NCBI GenBank assembly: GCA_030040095.1 | Contig: JASHUI010000526.1 | Span: forward strand, 1 to 34,479 | Source: Streptosporangiaceae bacterium | GTDB taxonomy: Bacteria > Actinomycetota > Actinomycetes > Streptosporangiales > Streptosporangiaceae | Reading direction: 5' to 3' | DNA length: 34,479 nucleotides | Shown: piece after piece, positions 9,661 to 16,840 of the stretch | Layout of the letters: each line of letters opens with the position of its first letter | Position numbering within the stretch: the stretch's first letter is position 1 | Translations under genes and position numbers: made by a program | The notes under the pieces: generated by a model | What the model was told of the DNA's origin: nothing | The model's database searches: none | Seen by the model: only the letters and a program-made list of their open reading frames with translations

Positions 9661-9668
9661 CCCGCGGG
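9648..9668. terminator. Imperfect palindrome spanning the overlapping convergent stop codons (possible bidirectional hairpin)
   Basis: The sequence is cccgcgggg-TTAA-cccgcgggg. It gives 8 bp of pairing with one bulged G around the 4-nt loop TTAA (9657-9660). That loop simultaneously contains the + strand TAA (9658-9660) and the - strand TAA (9659-9657). There is no U-tract. Confidence 0.3.
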
Positions 9669-10853
9669 GGGGTCCCCGGTGCCGGCCAGCTGCAGGTCCG
9701 GCGCCACCAGGCTGGACATCCGCTGCCGGACGCCCAGCACGTACTGGCGCACATACTCCGCGCCGGCGATCCGCACGCCGTTCTCGTCGGCGCGGGCACC
9801 TGGCAGCGCGGCGAGCGCGCGGGCGATGGGATGGGACGCGACATCACCTGGTGGCACGCCGAACATCCGGGCCATGGCCGCGTAGCTCAGCCCGGAGGCG
9901 CAGCCAAGCGACTTTTCCAGGGCGAGTTCCAGGGTCACCGGGCCGGGCAGCATGGAGACCGGGTCGGACAGGAACCGCGGCAGGCCATGGGTGGTCAGGC
10001 AGCCGCGTGGCGCCAGAAACGAGTAAGCCTCGCTGCCGAAGCCAAAGGTTTCGCCCGCGTACCCGAAGTAGTAGTCCAGCGAGACGAAGTCCGCGTCGTG
10101 CGGCGGCCTGGTCCAGTGAAAGTACTCATGGTTGCGGTACCCCGCGTCGGCCAGTGCGCCCTCGATCTCGGGCAGTCCTGCCGCGTAGTCGGCGGCACCC
10201 CAGGCCCGCACGCCGCCCAGGCGCAGCTTGCGGACCAGCGAGCTGTTGGTGACGGGGTTGTAGACGTGCGCGGCAATGTGCGCGAGGTCGAGCGAGATGG
10301 CGGTCTGCACGCTGTGCAGGGTCTGCGTCACCGATTCGCCGGGATATCCGATGATCAGGTCGATGCTCAGCCGGTCGAAGCCGTACTGCCTGGCCAGGTC
10401 GAAGACGGCCAGGCCCGAAGCGGCGCTGTGCCGCCGCCCCATGCCGCGCAACGTAGCGTCGTTGAAGCTCTCGACCCCGATGCTCAGCCGGTTTACCCCT
10501 ATGTCGCGCATGGCGGCCAGGACCGGCGGGCTGATGCTGTCGGCCGTGGCCTCGACGCTGAAATACTGCTGCGACAAGTCCCACTCCGGACCGAACGCGG
10601 CGGCGATGGCGCGCAGGTTGTCCGGCGACAGGGTGGTCGGCGTGCCGCCGCCCCAGTTGATGCCGATGGGCGCGTACCGTTCGGCCAGGCCGGGCACATG
10701 GTGCCGGATGCTGGTGACCAGCGCCCGCACGTACGGGTCGTGCAGGTCGCGGTCGAGAAGCACGCTGTTGGGGATCGCGCTCACGCACCGGCAGAAGGCG
10801 CACCGGGCTGGGCAGAACGGTACCTGTACGTACAGCAGGATGGGCTCTTTCAT
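9657..10853 (-). CDS. HemN-like radical SAM enzyme (oxygen-independent coproporphyrinogen oxidase / HemW / ChuW / rSAM C-methyltransferase family)
   Basis: 398 aa from MKEPILLYVQVPFCPARCAFCRC. This carries the HemN-type CxxxCxxCxC (codons 14-23, nt 10785-10814), followed by INWGGGTPT and a HemN_C-like tail. The start is the ATG at 10853, 7 nt after the upstream gene's stop. The 159-codon N-terminal extension in the ORF track is Arg/Thr/Pro junk overlapping that gene. Confidence 0.88.
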   Translation of the reverse strand: MKEPILLYVQVPFCPARCAFCRCVSAIPNSVLLDRDLHDPYVRALVTSIRHHVPGLAERYAPIGINWGGGTPTTLSPDNLRAIAAAFGPEWDLSQQYFSVEATADSISPPVLAAMRDIGVNRLSIGVESFNDATLRGMGRRHSAASGLAVFDLARQYGFDRLSIDLIIGYPGESVTQTLHSVQTAISLDLAHIAAHVYNPVTNSSLVRKLRLGGVRAWGAADYAAGLPEIEGALADAGYRNHEYFHWTRPPHDADFVSLDYYFGYAGETFGFGSEAYSFLAPRGCLTTHGLPRFLSDPVSMLPGPVTLELALEKSLGCASGLSYAAMARMFGVPPGDVASHPIARALAALPGARADENGVRIAGAEYVRQYVLGVRQRMSSLVAPDLQLAGTGDPPAG

Positions 10854-10860
10854 GACCGTG

Positions 10861-12825
10861 CTATCCGGCCGAGGCAAGGGCGCCGTAGGCCGCGGCGTCG
10901 AGCGCTTCGGCCAGGGCGAGCTGGAAGCCGCTGTCGTCGTAGAGGGCCGCCAGCCGGTACCCGTGCATGCTCTCGGTTTGCCGCGAGGTGACGTCGGCGT
11001 GCTCGCTGAGCTGCCACCAGATCGAATGATGGTCGAGCGGCACGACCGGCAGGTCCTTGCGGGCGTCGGAAAGCTTGCGCAGAAGCAGGCGGATGTCGTG
11101 CGAGAACCAGTGCGTCCGGCGGCCGTAATAGGGCTCCTGCCGCGTCCTGGGTGGCGGCTGGCTGGCGCCGTAGTGCTCGCGGTAGAGGAACGCGAACTCG
11201 CGCAGCGCCGGCCAGCGCCGGGACGCGTCCAGTGTCCGGTCGGCCTCGCGCTGCAGCCCGTCGGCCAGCGCGGGGGTCTGGTGCATGCCCAGGCCATCGC
11301 CGACCAGGCGGTAGGAGTAGTACATGGCAAAGCGCCGATCGGGATCGACCACCGGCAAGAGCGCCATCTGGTCCCAGCCGGCGTCGCGGACCAGAGCGAA
11401 ATTGGCGATGGCCGTGTTGGACCCGACGGTGTCCAGCGATTCCCGGTTACGCCGGATGAAGTCGACGCTCTCCCGCGCTTCCTGCTCAGACTCGCCGGGG
11501 AAACCGGTGATGAGGTTGATCTGCAGCGCGATGCCCTCGTCGGAGCACCAGCGCAGAATCTGGCTGGCGTAGTCCAGATCGGTGTTCTTGCCCATCAGCT
11601 GCTGGATGCGCTCCGATCCGGCGTCCAGTCCGAAGATCAGCCTCCGGCAGCCCGCCTCGGCGAAGCGGCGGGCCACCTCCGGCGTCCAGAGTCGGTGCAG
11701 CCGGCCGAACACCATCCAGCGAATATCAACGTCGGCGTCGCGGATCGCGTTGGCGAGGTCCAGCCCGAACCGCGGCATGAGTTCCTCGTCGACGAAGTAG
11801 TAGTACCTGCACCCGTACCGCTCGGACAGGTACTTCAGGTGCCCGGCCGCGTCAGCGGCGTCACCCAGGACGAATCTGTCGTAGGTCTTGTAGTGGCTGC
11901 AGTAATGGCACCGGCCGTAGCTGCACCCGCGCGAGGACTGGTAGGGCAGGACCCGGACCGGAAGGAAGTAGCTGTCCAGCGGCAAATCGCTGAAGTCAGG
12001 GCACAGCTTGCTGAAGGACACTGCCCGCGCCGGCGGGCGGCCGGCCAGCTCATCGAGCAGGTCACCGAGGGCCCGCTCGGCCTCGTAGGGCATGTACCGG
12101 TCGAACAGGGCGCCGAACCGCTCGTCACCGGGCAGTTCGTCGCGCAAGCGGGTCACCATGCTGCCGCCGGCCACCAGGACGCCGGGCCAGGTCGCCCGCA
12201 GGTGCCGGGCCAGGGTGAAGCTCGGCAGCAACTGCTCGTCCAGGCCGATGGAGATGCCGATGACGTCGGGCCGGAAGTCGGCGATTGCTTCGTCCGCCCA
12301 TGCGGCCAGCAGGTCGACGAACGGGTTCTCCGACCGCATATCCGAGCCCTGCCACAGCTGCGCCGGGCTGCCGGTGGCGAAGCGGGTGCGCAGCTGCGAC
12401 AGCCCGATGTCGATGCAGCCGTAGGCAGCCGAGTACAACTCGAGCGCATCCTCCAGAACCCGCACCGACCACTGGAGCCGGCCGTAGTCGTAGAACTCCT
12501 CGGCGGTCTTGAGCACCATCTTGGCCTCGTCCAGGTGCTCCAGGATGTAGTCGGATCTGATGACGGCGGTGGCGATCCTGGCCAGCCGGACAGCGGCGGG
12601 TCCGGTCAGCTCGGCGAGGGCGTCGAGTTCGTCCAGCTCGGCGCCGATCGAGTCCAGCGCCTGCTGCAGCGCATCGCGCGACAGCGCGTGCTCGTAGAAG
12701 CGCAGGTTGAGGTCGACGATCTTGCAGGCATGACCGCGGCGCTCCGCTTCTGCCTTCAGGATCGGTAATGACAGGTGCGCGTGGAAGGGACGGCACTGGG
12801 GCGGGAAGAACAACAGCAGCCTCAC
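10861..12825 (-). CDS. B12-binding-domain radical SAM enzyme (class B rSAM)
   Basis: 654 aa from the GTG at 12825 (GAGG upstream, 10 nt after the preceding stop). The N-terminal Rossmann-like cobalamin-domain pattern is RLLLFFPPQCRPFHAHLSLPILKAEAERRGHACKIVDLN ... PDVIGISIGLDEQLLPSFTLARHLRATWPGVLVAGG. The rSAM core is LPYQSSRGCSYGRCHYCSHY ... FGLDAGSERIQQLMGK. The only Cys triad is Cx4Cx2C. Confidence 0.85.
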   Translation of the reverse strand: MRLLLFFPPQCRPFHAHLSLPILKAEAERRGHACKIVDLNLRFYEHALSRDALQQALDSIGAELDELDALAELTGPAAVRLARIATAVIRSDYILEHLDEAKMVLKTAEEFYDYGRLQWSVRVLEDALELYSAAYGCIDIGLSQLRTRFATGSPAQLWQGSDMRSENPFVDLLAAWADEAIADFRPDVIGISIGLDEQLLPSFTLARHLRATWPGVLVAGGSMVTRLRDELPGDERFGALFDRYMPYEAERALGDLLDELAGRPPARAVSFSKLCPDFSDLPLDSYFLPVRVLPYQSSRGCSYGRCHYCSHYKTYDRFVLGDAADAAGHLKYLSERYGCRYYYFVDEELMPRFGLDLANAIRDADVDIRWMVFGRLHRLWTPEVARRFAEAGCRRLIFGLDAGSERIQQLMGKNTDLDYASQILRWCSDEGIALQINLITGFPGESEQEARESVDFIRRNRESLDTVGSNTAIANFALVRDAGWDQMALLPVVDPDRRFAMYYSYRLVGDGLGMHQTPALADGLQREADRTLDASRRWPALREFAFLYREHYGASQPPPRTRQEPYYGRRTHWFSHDIRLLLRKLSDARKDLPVVPLDHHSIWWQLSEHADVTSRQTESMHGYRLAALYDDSGFQLALAEALDAAAYGALASAG

Positions 12826-12835
12826 GGGAGCCTCG

Positions 12836-13546
12836 CTATCCGAAGACCCGGTCGCGGAAGAGCGCGGCAAGCCATCCTGACCCGAATACCGCATCGTAGA
12901 CGCCGCCTCCCTCGCGCGAGTGAAGGTCGACCATTTCACCGACGAAGCTCGCGTTACAGGCGAGCTGTCTTGCACCGGAACCCGGCTGCGCGGTGGCAAG
13001 CTGGGCGAACCAGTGGCCGAGGCACATGCGGGCCAAGCCGAGTGACCAGTCGATCGGCGGCTCGTCTAGCCAGAACATCAGCCGCACGCCCGCAAAGGTG
13101 GGCGGGTTCTCTTTGGCAAGGGCGGCGGGCGGCTGGCCGAGAAGGCCCGAGAACAGCGCGCGAAAAGCCGCCAGCTCGCTGGGCTCGCCGCGGTATCCCG
13201 CGATGGTGTTGAAGGTCCCCGCCTTGATCTTGAGGTTCAGGTTCATGACGTACAGCGGCAGCCCCGTGCCCGCGAGGGGGATACAAATACACGCCACGAT
13301 CGAGGACATATGCGGGATCTCGCTGTCGAGCGAGAACCACACCACCCGGCCGAAGCTGGCCGACTCCCAGACGTCGAAGCGGTGACCAGCGGCGAACGGG
13401 CGAGATCTCGAGTCGATGACGAAGCGCTGCACGGCGCTGCTGTCGGCGTGCGCGTAGCCGAGGGTTTCGAGATGGCTAACGGCCAGCCAGCTGTATAGCT
13501 CGGCTCCGCCATCGATGAGCCATCCCACCAGGTCAAGGTCTGCCAC
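12836..13546 (-). CDS. Conserved-looking 236-aa protein with resemblance to ferredoxin-dependent bilin reductases (FDBR: PcyA/PebA/HY2 family); tentative
   Basis: The ORF itself is solid, with protein-like composition and tight operon spacing. The function call rests on a by-eye alignment to the Synechocystis PcyA sequence as I remember it. Matches are:
- LGY...(F/L)VI(D/E)xR...(H/F)Rxx(W/L)E
- SIVACICIPLAGTGLPLY versus DILHCVMFPEPLYGLPLF
- xxIA(G/D)(Y/L) strand
- C-terminal DAVFGSGWLAALFRDRVF versus EKAFGEAWAERYMSQVLF

The confidence given is for the family call; the CDS itself is about 0.8. Confidence 0.4.
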   Translation of the reverse strand: MADLDLVGWLIDGGAELYSWLAVSHLETLGYAHADSSAVQRFVIDSRSRPFAAGHRFDVWESASFGRVVWFSLDSEIPHMSSIVACICIPLAGTGLPLYVMNLNLKIKAGTFNTIAGYRGEPSELAAFRALFSGLLGQPPAALAKENPPTFAGVRLMFWLDEPPIDWSLGLARMCLGHWFAQLATAQPGSGARQLACNASFVGEMVDLHSREGGGVYDAVFGSGWLAALFRDRVFG

Positions 13547-13586
13547 TACGCAGTGCCTTGCGTTGTGTCGGACGACACCTGATCAA

Positions 13587-13910
13587 TCAGGTATCGAGAT
13601 CGCCGATCTTGGCGCCCAGCTGGAACTTCTGGTCGAATGCGTCCACCTTGCCCGCACCCACCAGGTCGTCGCAGACGATGACCAGGGCCTGCTTGCCCTC
13701 CAGCTCGCGCAGGGAACTCGACCCGTTGCCTCCGCTGAGGGCACCCCTGTCGTAGCGGCCGGTCCTGACCTGCCCGGTGTTGCCCGCCGCCTCGTCCTCG
13801 AGGACTACGACGGCTACCTGCTTCCCGGCGAGCATTCTCTCGCCCCGGCTCTGAAGTTCATCGACGTGCAGGCGGCCATCCTTGACCTGGCCCTGGAAGG
13901 TCGGATACAT
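13587..13910 (-). CDS. Small 107-aa protein of unknown family, first gene of the radical SAM operon
   Basis: The ATG at 13910 has AAGGA 7 nt upstream. The tracked ORF starts 23 codons earlier at a GTG without a usable SD. Sequence is MYPTFQGQVKDGRLHVDELQSRGERMLAGKQVAVVVLEDE...GKQALVIVCDDLVGAGKVDAFDQKFQLGAKIGDLDT. It has a single Cys, no signal peptide and no motif I can name. Confidence 0.55.
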   Translation of the reverse strand: MYPTFQGQVKDGRLHVDELQSRGERMLAGKQVAVVVLEDEAAGNTGQVRTGRYDRGALSGGNGSSSLRELEGKQALVIVCDDLVGAGKVDAFDQKFQLGAKIGDLDT

Positions 13911-14062
13911 CTGGCTGTCCTTTGCTTCGGGCGCCAACTGGGACGCGGAGAAAATGCCCGGCTGAATAGCCGAATACACAATTTATGCCGTTTATGATCT
14001 CCTTGATCCAGTTCAATTACGTGCCTATCATGGCTCCGGGGCCCAGTCAAGGCCGCCTGTTC

Positions 14063-14092
14063 GCCGTTATAACGGCAGCCGCGGTGCGGCTG
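14063..14092. promoter_or_regulatory. Operator-like palindromes in the divergent promoter region between the rSAM operon and the ABC exporter operon
   Basis: There is a perfect 14-bp palindrome GCCGTTATAACGGC (14063-14076). It is immediately followed by a 7-bp-stem inverted repeat CAGCCGC-ggt-GCGGCTG (14076-14092), 37 nt upstream of the ATPase GTG. The surrounding 13951-14030 is about 41% G+C by hand count. Confidence 0.4.
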
Positions 14093-14128
14093 TAACTGCC
14101 GGATACTTTTGGGACAGGGGGTTTTGCA

Positions 14129-15115
14129 GTGAGCCAGCCCGCGCTCGTTATCGACCAGGTCTCGAGGTACTTTGGCAGGCGGGCGCACAAGGTGCATGCG
14201 CTGCGCGATGTGAGCTTCACCGTCGCGAACGGCGAGATCGTCGGATTACTCGGCCCGAATGGCGCGGGCAAGACGACCCTGAGCAAGATCGCCGCCACCT
14301 TGCTTTTGCCGTCGGCCGGGCGGGTGCTGGTGCACGGCATAGACGCGGTGGCCAGGCCGCGCGCCGCCCGAGAGGTCACCGCGGCGGTCTTCGGCGGCGA
14401 TCGTGGCCTTTACCCACGGCTCAGCGGCCGAGTCAACCTAAGCTTCTTCGCCCTCCTGCACGGCGCGTCCCGCAAGGACGTGGCGACCGGTGCCGAGGCC
14501 GCGCTGGAGCGGGCAGGCCTCGCGGCAGCAGCGGACCGGGCCGTGGAGACGTATTCGCGCGGCATGCGCCAGCGGCTTCACCTGGCCATCGGCCTGTTCA
14601 CCAGGCCGCGCCTGCTGTTGCTGGACGAGCCGACGGCGGGCCTGGACCCGATCGAGGCTGAGCGGCTGCGCGAGGCCATCGCGGCCCTCCGGGCCGCCGG
14701 GGTGTCGGTGCTGCTGACCAGCCACTACCTGCTGGACATCGAGCGTCTCGCGGACCGCGTGGTGCTGCTGGCCGACGGCAGGCTCAGCGGCGACATGCCG
14801 GTCGCGCAGTTCGCCCGGACCGCCGGCTACGTCAGCACCGTGACCATCAAGGCACGCGGCCGCCCGCCGGCCGGCTTGCTGGGTCCAGCCGGGCCGGCCG
14901 GCGGCGGGCTGCTGGTCGACGAGCTGCGAGCCGATGGCGACGTCTGCATCGCGCGGCTGCGGGTCAGGGACTGGCGCGCGGAGTCGTTCGGTGAGCTCAG
15001 CCAGCTGCTCGGCACGCTGTTCCGCGGCCTGGAGATCCTGGACGTCAACGTCGAGCCGCTGCGGCTCGAAGACGTGTACGCGCGATTCCACCACGATGAC
15101 GCGCAGCGTGGCTAG
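14129..15115 (+). CDS. ABC transporter ATP-binding protein (DrrA/ABC-2 exporter type)
   Basis: Walker A is GLLGPNGAGKTT, the signature is YSRGMRQRL and Walker B is LLLLDEPTAGLD. A C-terminal extension domain is present. GTG start with a G-rich SD. Confidence 0.92.
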   Translation: MSQPALVIDQVSRYFGRRAHKVHALRDVSFTVANGEIVGLLGPNGAGKTTLSKIAATLLLPSAGRVLVHGIDAVARPRAAREVTAAVFGGDRGLYPRLSGRVNLSFFALLHGASRKDVATGAEAALERAGLAAAADRAVETYSRGMRQRLHLAIGLFTRPRLLLLDEPTAGLDPIEAERLREAIAALRAAGVSVLLTSHYLLDIERLADRVVLLADGRLSGDMPVAQFARTAGYVSTVTIKARGRPPAGLLGPAGPAGGGLLVDELRADGDVCIARLRVRDWRAESFGELSQLLGTLFRGLEILDVNVEPLRLEDVYARFHHDDAQRG

Positions 15116-15884
15116 CCGCCTGAAAGCCGCCTGGTGGGTGCTGTGGATCAGCGCAGTCGCCCAGTGGCGCACCATGACCGCGCTGATCAGCGTCGTGACA
15201 AGCATCGTGCTGCCCGCGGCCTTTCTGATCGCGACATCGCGGGTGGCCGGGCACGGCGGGCCCGACAGCAGCACCCGCATCGTGGTGGCCGTCGCGCTGA
15301 TGTCGCTGTGGACATCCACGGTGTGGGGTGCGGGCGGCGTGCTGCGACGCGAGCTGCGTGACGGCACGTTCGGCGCGACCGTGACCGGGCTGCATCCGCC
15401 TTACCTGGTGCTCCTCGGCAAGTCGCTCGGCGGCACCCTGCACGCGCTCAGCTTGATCGTCCCGACCACCATCGTGGCGGTGCTGCTGCTGCGCCTGCCG
15501 GTGCGCGCCGCCGACCCGGCCTGGCTGGCGGTCGGCGGCCTCCTGGTGGTCGCCTGCGGCACCACGCTCGGCATGATGCTGGCCTGCGCGTTCCTGCTCA
15601 CCAGGTACGGCCTGCAGCTGTCCAGCGCGCTGATGTACCCGGTCTACCTGCTGGGCGGCCTGCTCGTCCCGGTCAGCGTGCTGCCCTCTCCGCTGCGGCT
15701 GGTGTCCGCCGCGATCAGCCTGCGCTGGGCGACGCAGTTCTTGGTGTCGGCGGCCGCCGGGCGGGCGTCCCTGGTGCCGTTGGGGGCGGCGGCGGGACTG
15801 ACGGTCGCGTACTTCGTCGTCGCCTGCCTGGCCTTCGCCAGGATCGTCCACCTCGCGCGCGCGGACGGCCGCTTTGAACTCTGA
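15096..15884 (+). CDS. ABC-2 type transporter permease
   Basis: About 262 aa and multi-pass hydrophobic (WWVLWISAVAQW..., LSLIVPTTIVAVLLL..., GGLLVVACGTTLGMMLACAFLL...). The ATG at 15096 overlaps the ATPase end by 20 nt. Confidence 0.75.
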   Translation: MTRSVASRLKAAWWVLWISAVAQWRTMTALISVVTSIVLPAAFLIATSRVAGHGGPDSSTRIVVAVALMSLWTSTVWGAGGVLRRELRDGTFGATVTGLHPPYLVLLGKSLGGTLHALSLIVPTTIVAVLLLRLPVRAADPAWLAVGGLLVVACGTTLGMMLACAFLLTRYGLQLSSALMYPVYLLGGLLVPVSVLPSPLRLVSAAISLRWATQFLVSAAAGRASLVPLGAAAGLTVAYFVVACLAFARIVHLARADGRFEL

Positions 15885-15978
15885 GCCGTCCGTCGGCCGC
15901 CTGACCGGCAACCGCCGTACCGTCGGCCGGGCACCGGCCGGCGCCACGGTGACAGCCCGCGCGGCGGGTCGCGGCCGG

Positions 15979-16734
15979 ATGGCCGGCGCGGTTCGGCTCG
16001 GCATCCGCCAATTCCTCGCCGATAACCCGCCGCTGGTGCTGCTGACTGCCGTCGCGCCCAGGCCGGTCGTGCAGTACCTGTTCTTCGTCGTGCTCAGCCG
16101 GGTGCTCGTCGGGCCGGGCTACGCTGGCCTCGCCTTGACCGGCGGCCCGGCGCTCGCGCTCGTGCAGGTCGCGGTGATGATCAAGGAAGTGCCGCTGACC
16201 GACAAGTCGTCGGGCACCTTCTACCGGATCCGGCTCGGCCGGCCGCGGCCGTTCCTGGTCATGGTGGCCAGGGCGCTGCCCTACCCGGTGGCCGGATTTC
16301 TCATGCTGACCGCGTGCGTGCTGGTTGTGCCGCCGCTGGCCGGGCACGCTTCGCTCACTCTCATGCTGCTCGCGGAGCTGCCACTTTATGCACTGATGGC
16401 GTTCACCACCTGCGCCTGCGGCCTGGCCGCCGCGTTGCTCGCGCTCGGCAGGCGCGCGGAGGTGCTCACCAGCAACCTGCTCGGCTATCTCATCATGCTG
16501 TGCTGCGGAATATTCCTGCCGGTCAGCAAGGTGCCATTCGCCGGCGTGATCGGGCGGCTGCTGCCGGTCCGCAACGGGCTGATCGCGGTACGAGCGGCGG
16601 TCAGCGGGCAGCCGTGGCTGCGGCCGGCCCTCGCCGAGGCGCTGGTCGGCGTTTGCTGGCTGGCCGCCGGATTCCTGATAATGCAGGTTCAGATAAGGAA
16701 TGGCCGGCGGAACGGCCGGGATGATTATGGTTAG
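15979..16734 (+). CDS. Second ABC-2 type transporter permease
   Basis: Hydrophobic multi-pass protein (LVLLTAVAPRPVVQYLFFVVLSRVLV..., GFLMLTACVLVVPPLAG..., LLGYLIMLCCGIFLPV...). The start is uncertain: the ATG at 15979 was chosen, and the tracked ORF opens at a TTG (15874). Confidence 0.65.
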   Translation: MAGAVRLGIRQFLADNPPLVLLTAVAPRPVVQYLFFVVLSRVLVGPGYAGLALTGGPALALVQVAVMIKEVPLTDKSSGTFYRIRLGRPRPFLVMVARALPYPVAGFLMLTACVLVVPPLAGHASLTLMLLAELPLYALMAFTTCACGLAAALLALGRRAEVLTSNLLGYLIMLCCGIFLPVSKVPFAGVIGRLLPVRNGLIAVRAAVSGQPWLRPALAEALVGVCWLAAGFLIMQVQIRNGRRNGRDDYG

Positions 16735-16840
16735 CCATCGAACTGGCCGGCCGTATTCCAAGGCCATCGCCGCGATGCCCGCCTTGGCAGCATCAGGTGC
16801 CAGGGTTACACTACGGAGCACCGCCGGTCAGGAGGATTGG

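Noticed and set aside
10854-11330. 159-codon N-terminal extension of the HemN-like ORF (tracked as 9657-11330), and the 58-codon extension of the B12-rSAM ORF (12826-12999)
   Set aside because: The extensions overlap the upstream genes, and their sequences are Thr/Arg/Pro/Ser junk. Good internal starts exist right after the upstream stops: the ATG at 10853 and the GTG at 12825, which has GAGG upstream.
10276-12768. 830-aa ORF on the + strand, together with similar long ORFs at 9606-10991 (+), 5248-6501 (+), 2014-3033 (+), 25905-29012 (-, 1035 aa) and 15045-16821 (-)
   Set aside because: All lie antisense to genes with unmistakable family signatures (rSAM, MetY, GCS2, NRPS, ABC permeases). 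Their translations are Arg/Gly/Pro/Ala-rich and low in complexity, with no motifs. This is the usual stop-codon-poor antisense frame of >70% G+C DNA.
13587-13979. The small first gene of the rSAM operon as an NHLP/Nif11-type RiPP precursor or a PqqD-like RRE
   Set aside because: There is no GG/GA leader cleavage motif, no Cys/Ser/Thr-rich core and no resemblance to the PqqD pattern I know. At 107 aa with mixed charge it looks like a folded protein. It is left as unknown, and the idea remains open only through the micro-ORF at 18205.
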